Assembly: GCA_026399755.1 (NCBI GenBank)
Contig: JAPLQI010000110.1
Coordinates: 1,603 to 65,602 of the forward strand
Direction of reading: 5' to 3'
DNA: 64,000 nucleotides
DNA from: Pseudomonadota bacterium
GTDB lineage: Bacteria > Pseudomonadota > Gammaproteobacteria > Burkholderiales > Chitinibacteraceae
Part shown: positions 59,356 to 64,000 of the stretch, in pieces
Layout: each line of letters opens with the position of its first letter
How positions within the stretch are numbered: position 1 is the stretch's first letter
Translations under genes and position numbers: made by a program
Notes under the pieces: generated by a model
What the model was told of the DNA's origin: nothing
Seen by the model: the letters and a program-made list of their open reading frames with translations, nothing else
Databases searched by the model: none

Positions 59356-59658
59356 TTAGTCATGATAAAGATAAGAAAAATCTTTGGATTGGGCAATTAA
59401 TCCAGAAACAATCACGGCCGCCTCATTGCGACCAGCGATAGAATTAATTGCTTCATCACATTCTTCTAATGCAGCATGAACGTCACAAGCTAAATGAAAC
59501 AAGATTGTTTTTTCCTTCAAAGGCGCCATCGGCAGATAATAGTTAATTTCATCAACAATATGATCAGCTAGCTCATTAGAATATTGCGCGGGAGATGACA
59601 AAATACGCTCATATAAACGCACGCCGATCACACCAAGTGCAAGCAGCTGGGTGGGCAT
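59356..59658 (-). CDS. Hypothetical 100-aa protein
   Basis: AGGAG RBS before ATG 59658; open frame; no family recognised. Confidence 0.7.
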   Translation of the reverse strand: MPTQLLALGVIGVRLYERILSSPAQYSNELADHIVDEINYYLPMAPLKEKTILFHLACDVHAALEECDEAINSIAGRNEAAVIVSGLIAQSKDFSYLYHD

Positions 59659-59750
59659 GATGTAACTCCTATTCAATAAGTATTAATCCACTTTAGCCCC
59701 ATCTAAACTGATCACTCACACCTCCCGTCGGATGGCAATTCAGTAGAGAT

Positions 59751-59770
59751 CCAAACATATAGATGTTTGG
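59751..59770. promoter_or_regulatory. Candidate operator
   Basis: Perfect inverted repeat CCAAACAT-ATAG-ATGTTTGG upstream of the hypothetical gene. Confidence 0.45.
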
Positions 59771-59933
59771 TCTATTCAGCACAAAAAAACACAAAATAAT
59801 ATAAATATTGGCATATTAAAACAACAATAAAACATTTGTTGATACAAAAACTTAATCGTGGCGGCTGTCGTAAATTTTCACAGCAAAGCCGATTAGCGAG
59901 TCATTCTAAGCAACTAGAGCATTTCACATTAGC

Positions 59934-60998
59934 TCAGCGTTTTTTCTCATACCACGGCTTGCTACGATTAACGATATTGACGACGAGCAGCATCACCGGC
60001 ACTTCAATCAGCACACCCACCACCGTTGCCAAAACAGCACCGGAGTGAAAGCCAAATAAGCTAATCGCTGCGGCCACCGCTAATTCAAAAAAGTTGGATG
60101 CGCCAATCAAGGCCGAAGGGCCTGCGATATTGTGCTTTTCACCCACAGCACGGTTAAGCAAATAGGCAAGGCCTGAGTTAAAAAACACTTGGATTAAAAT
60201 CGGTACGGCCAATAGAGCGATAATTAAAGGCTGTTTCAAAATCGCCTCGCCTTGAAAGGCAAACAACAGCACTAAGGTGGCGAGTAATGCCGTAATCGAC
60301 CATGGCCCAATTTTGGACATCGCCGCATCAAATACCGCTTGGCCTTTGCTTAATAAAGATTTGCGCAAGATTTGCGCGATGATTACTGGAATCACAATAT
60401 ATAAAACCACCGAAGTAATCAGCGTATCCCACGGTACAATAATTGCCGACATCCCGAGTAAAAACGACACCAGCGGTGCAAAAGCCACCACCATAATGGC
60501 GTCGTTTAAGGCCACTTGTGACAGCGTAAATAAGGGATCGCCCTTGGTGAGCTTGCTCCAAACAAACACCATCGCAGTGCAGGGTGCGGCTGCAAGTAAA
60601 ATTAATCCGGCAATATAGCTATCAATTTGCTCGGCAGGTAAATAAGGGGCAAACCATTGCCGAATAAATAGCCATGCCAAAAACGCCATCGAAAACGGCT
60701 TAACCAACCAATTAATAAACAGTGTTACGCCAATGCCACGGAGATGTTTACTCACCTCGCCAAGGGCTGAAAAATCCACCTTGATCAGCATCGGGATGAT
60801 CATAATCCAGATCAACAGCCCCACAGGCAGGTTCACTTTGGCGACTTCCATGCTGCCAATGGCCTGAAATACCGCTGGCCAATACTGGCCTAGGCCGATC
60901 CCCAGCAAAATACACGCAAAGACCCAGAGCGTGAGGTAGCGCTCAAATACGCTCATCGATGCACTGGGTGCGCGGCTGACTTCACATTGAACAGACAC
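59934..60998 (-). CDS. acr3: Acr3-family arsenite efflux transporter
   Basis: FERYLTLWV, AAPCTAMVFVW, SNFFELAVA, GVLIEVPVML; GAGGA RBS before GTG 60998. Confidence 0.93.
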   Translation of the reverse strand: MSVQCEVSRAPSASMSVFERYLTLWVFACILLGIGLGQYWPAVFQAIGSMEVAKVNLPVGLLIWIMIIPMLIKVDFSALGEVSKHLRGIGVTLFINWLVKPFSMAFLAWLFIRQWFAPYLPAEQIDSYIAGLILLAAAPCTAMVFVWSKLTKGDPLFTLSQVALNDAIMVVAFAPLVSFLLGMSAIIVPWDTLITSVVLYIVIPVIIAQILRKSLLSKGQAVFDAAMSKIGPWSITALLATLVLLFAFQGEAILKQPLIIALLAVPILIQVFFNSGLAYLLNRAVGEKHNIAGPSALIGASNFFELAVAAAISLFGFHSGAVLATVVGVLIEVPVMLLVVNIVNRSKPWYEKKR

Positions 60999-61141
60999 GG
61001 GTTTTCTTCCTCTAAGTAACACAGTTTTGGGCTAACCCTTTAAGACTGGCCCAATGATGGCGATGCATGCGTCTTAGATCTGCACGCGAGGTCGGGCGTT
61101 AAATCGGGCAATCACAGTCGTCACTATTTTTATAAATTTCG

Positions 61142-61173
61142 ACTATACAATAACATTTGAAATATTGTATAGT
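61142..61173. promoter_or_regulatory. Candidate ArsR-type operator in the divergent acr3/gap promoter
   Basis: Perfect 11-bp inverted repeat ACTATACAATA-N10-TATTGTATAGT. Confidence 0.55.
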
Positions 61174-61289
61174 TATTCTTACCAGATCAGAAATCAAAGC
61201 CTGTACGGAAAAAAGCACCGGCAAATTCAACCTCTTAATATTTGTACCGGCAAGCTGCGCTTCGATGAAATGAGTCAAAAGGAAGAAAA

Positions 61290-62300
61290 ATGAGTATCAA
61301 AGTAGGTATTAACGGCTTTGGCCGCATCGGCCGTTTAACGCTGCGCGCAGCTTGGGGCTGGCCTGATATTGAGTTTGTGCAGATCAACGATCCGGCTGGC
61401 GACGCGGCCACCTTGGCGCATTTGCTTAACTTTGATTCGGTACACGGCCGCTTTGCGCATAATGCTGAAGCGATCAATGATGAAATTGTGATTGGCGAGC
61501 AGCGGATTAAAGTCAGCCACAATAAGGCGATTGGCGACACCAATTGGTCGGGCTGCGATGTGGTGATCGAAGCATCGGGCAAGATGCGTAAAGTGGAATT
61601 GCTACAAGCCTATCTGGATCAAGGTGTTAAACGCGTGGTGGTCACTGCACCCGTTAAGGAAGCAGGTGTTTTGAATGTGGTAGTAGGAGTGAATGATCAT
61701 CTTTATGATCCAGCCCAGCACCACATTGTGACTGCCGCCAGCTGCACCACCAATTGCTTGGCCCCCGTGGTAAAAGTGATTCACGAGCAGATCGGCATCC
61801 GTCACGGCAGCATGACCACCATTCATGATCTAACCAATACCCAAACCATTATCGACGCGCCGCACAAAGATCTGCGCCGCGCCCGTTCTTGCGGCACCAG
61901 TCTGATCCCCACTTCAACCGGATCGGCCACCGCCATTACTGAGATTTTCCCCGAGCTTAAAGGCCGCTTAAACGGCCATGCTGTGCGCGTGCCTTTAACC
62001 AACGCATCGCTCACCGATTGTGTATTCGAGCTAGAACGCGCCACCACCGTTGAGGAAGTCAACGGCCTGCTTAAAGCCGCATCCGAGACTTACCTGAAAG
62101 ATATTTTGGGCTATGAAGAGCGCCCACTGGTATCGATCGACTACCGAGGCGACGCGCGCTCATCCATCATCGACGCGCTCTCCACCATGGTGATCAACGG
62201 CACGCAGCTCAAGCTCTACGCTTGGTACGACAATGAATGGGGCTATGTGAATCGCACGGCAGAGTTGGTGAGGCTGGTTGGGCAAGATTTGTCCGTATGA
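61290..62300 (+). CDS. gap: ArsJ-associated glyceraldehyde-3-phosphate dehydrogenase
   Basis: [24 protein letters not shown]; directly upstream of arsJ. Confidence 0.93.
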   Translation: MSIKVGINGFGRIGRLTLRAAWGWPDIEFVQINDPAGDAATLAHLLNFDSVHGRFAHNAEAINDEIVIGEQRIKVSHNKAIGDTNWSGCDVVIEASGKMRKVELLQAYLDQGVKRVVVTAPVKEAGVLNVVVGVNDHLYDPAQHHIVTAASCTTNCLAPVVKVIHEQIGIRHGSMTTIHDLTNTQTIIDAPHKDLRRARSCGTSLIPTSTGSATAITEIFPELKGRLNGHAVRVPLTNASLTDCVFELERATTVEEVNGLLKAASETYLKDILGYEERPLVSIDYRGDARSSIIDALSTMVINGTQLKLYAWYDNEWGYVNRTAELVRLVGQDLSV

Positions 62301-62308
62301 ACAAGCTG

Positions 62309-62815
62309 TGTCTATTAGGCGAGCGGGCTCACTCGGTGTACATCAAGTTATGCGTTGCAAATATTGAATCATCGTAAGGCGGGTGAAACACTATATGCGC
62401 TAACCAAAGTCAAAAAGACCTTTTTAGTGCCTTCGGCACGTTGCTTTTGGGCGGTTAGCCACCGCGGGGCCTTCCTTTCTTGCTTCGCCAAGAAACGAAG
62501 CCAAAGAAGGCGACCCCACGAAACACGAAAGCCCCTGCGCTGCGGACAATCGAGTCGGCGGCGGGCGGGATTGGCTCGTTCCTCGCTCCCTGGACTTTAA
62601 AGCCCTATGCAGAGTGCGTAGTCATTACGTTTTTCGCTGTTTGCTAATGAAAAAGCAATTTGGTTAGCACGTATGGGTTTAACCCGCCGAGTTCATCATT
62701 TTGCACCAAAGCTCGGCGGGTTTAACCCGCCCTACAAAAGATGCAATACATACCATTGTATTTAACTTAATACCTATAGGCACAGACGTGCCCACCCGAC
62801 TCTTTTGGACCGCTC
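62309..62815. repeat. Composite of REP linkers, MITE copy G and a REP doublet between gap and arsJ
   Basis: REP 62374-62390, element 62393-62675, REP doublet 62671-62735, decayed REP near 62777-62797. Confidence 0.8.
62393..62675 (-). mobile_element. MITE-like element, copy G (internal deletion)
   Basis: Terminal repeats ATATGCGCTAACCAAA (62393-62408) and TTTGGTTAGCACGTAT (62659-62674), 14 of 16 matching. Confidence 0.85.
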
Positions 62816-64000
62816 ATGCTCTCCCCGCAAATCCGCCAATATCTGATCATCACCTGTAATTACTGGGCCTTCACCCTCACCGATGGGGCGCTGCGGATGT
62901 TGGTGGTTTTGCATTTTCATCAGCTTGGATTTTCACCACTCAGCCTCGCCATGTTGTTTTTGTTTTACGAGATTTTTGGTGTGATCACCAATTTGATCGG
63001 GGGCTGGTTGGGCGCTCGTATTGGCTTAAATAAAACCATGAATATCGGCCTTGGCCTGCAAGTGATTGCCCTCTTGGCACTCACCGTTCCCACGGCCATG
63101 CTCACCGTGCCTTGGGTGATGGCGGCGCAAGCCCTATCAGGGATCGCCAAAGATTTGAATAAAATGAGCGCCAAAAGCAGCATTAAATCGCTGGTGCCCG
63201 CAGGCGCAGAAGGCAAGCTTTATCGATGGGTAGCGCTATTAACTGGCTCTAAAAATGCACTAAAAGGCGTGGGATTTTTTCTAGGTGGGGTCTTGCTTAC
63301 CCTGCTTGGCTTTCGCTTTGCTGTGGCGCTAATGGCGGGATTATTGCTTTTGATATGGCTGGCCAGTGTAATTACGCTTAAGCAAGACTTGGGTAGGGCA
63401 AAAAATAAACCTAAGTTCAGCGAAATCTTTTCGAAGAGCGCGTCGGTAAATGTTTTATCCGCAGCGCGGTTATTTTTATTTGGCGCACGCGATGTATGGT
63501 TTGTGGTGGCACTACCGGTTTTTTTATCGCAAACACTGAGCTGGAATCCCCATGATGTTGGCTCATTCTTTGCGGCATGGGTGATTGCCTATGGGGTGGT
63601 GCAATCTCTTGCGCCCTATTTAACAGGTAAAAAAGCGGGCCAAGTGCCCGATGGAAAAAGCGCTTTTATCTGGGCTTTACCGCTAGCTTGTGTACCCGCA
63701 GCTATCGCAATCGCCATGAGCTACGGGCAAAACTTGCAGGCTATTATTATTGGCGGTTTACTCTTATTTGGCGTTTTATTTGCCATTAATTCATCGCTAC
63801 ATAGCTATTTAATTGTCAGCTACGCCAAAGACGATGGCGCGTCGCTCGATGTCGGCTTTTACTATATGAGTAATGCCATGGGGCGCTTACTGGGCACGGT
63901 ATTATCTGGCTGGGTATTTCAGCTTGCGGGCCTTGCGGCTTGCTTGTGGATATCAGCGGTATTTATCGCCATCGCCTCGCTTATTTCTACCGCCTTACCA
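62816..64000 (+). CDS. arsJ: Organoarsenical efflux MFS transporter ArsJ (runs off the window; missing from the ORF track)
   Basis: Hand translation: MLSPQIRQYLIITCNYWAFTLTDGALRMLVVLHFH...AKDLNKMSAKS...TGSKNALKG; last codons read SLISTALP in the same frame. Confidence 0.92.
   Translation, partial: MLSPQIRQYLIITCNYWAFTLTDGALRMLVVLHFHQLGFSPLSLAMLFLFYEIFGVITNLIGGWLGARIGLNKTMNIGLGLQVIALLALTVPTAMLTVPWVMAAQALSGIAKDLNKMSAKSSIKSLVPAGAEGKLYRWVALLTGSKNALKGVGFFLGGVLLTLLGFRFAVALMAGLLLLIWLASVITLKQDLGRAKNKPKFSEIFSKSASVNVLSAARLFLFGARDVWFVVALPVFLSQTLSWNPHDVGSFFAAWVIAYGVVQSLAPYLTGKKAGQVPDGKSAFIWALPLACVPAAIAIAMSYGQNLQAIIIGGLLLFGVLFAINSSLHSYLIVSYAKDDGASLDVGFYYMSNAMGRLLGTVLSGWVFQLAGLAACLWISAVFIAIASLISTALP

Overview
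Bacterial chromosomal window of about 54 genes. GC content near 50% and protein style suggest a betaproteobacterium of the Neisseriales type (inference). No rRNA, tRNA, CRISPR array, integrase or transposase was found. (1) 2.5-23.7 kb is a large ter stress/defence super-locus: six TerD-domain proteins, DUF475 and AIM24, a five-gene coupled biosynthetic operon (ATP-grasp, two PRTase-like proteins, HAD, citrate-lyase-like enzyme) and a TerY-TerY-PP2C-kinase module. (2) 23.9-30.7 kb holds redox/xenobiotic modules (LysR-azoR-pirin, XRE-cupin/aldolase/DHDPS-like, SoxR-VOC, Nudix). (3) 30.9-59.7 kb holds a glycan mini-cluster, pagL, argA, argB, a GGDEF-EAL protein, an RND pump with tolC, hns and uvrD. 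(4) 59.9-64 kb is an arsenic locus (acr3, GAPDH, arsJ). The intergenic DNA is unusually dense in repeats: GTAG REP doublets and mosaics, a CACGGAG 9-mer family, single copies of other repeat types, and seven copies of a roughly 310-330 bp MITE-like element. That element has 16-17 bp terminal inverted repeats and a structured core, and appears to insert into REP-like palindromes. One such composite seems to have split the start of arsJ. Many ORF-track starts were moved because they begin inside repeats.
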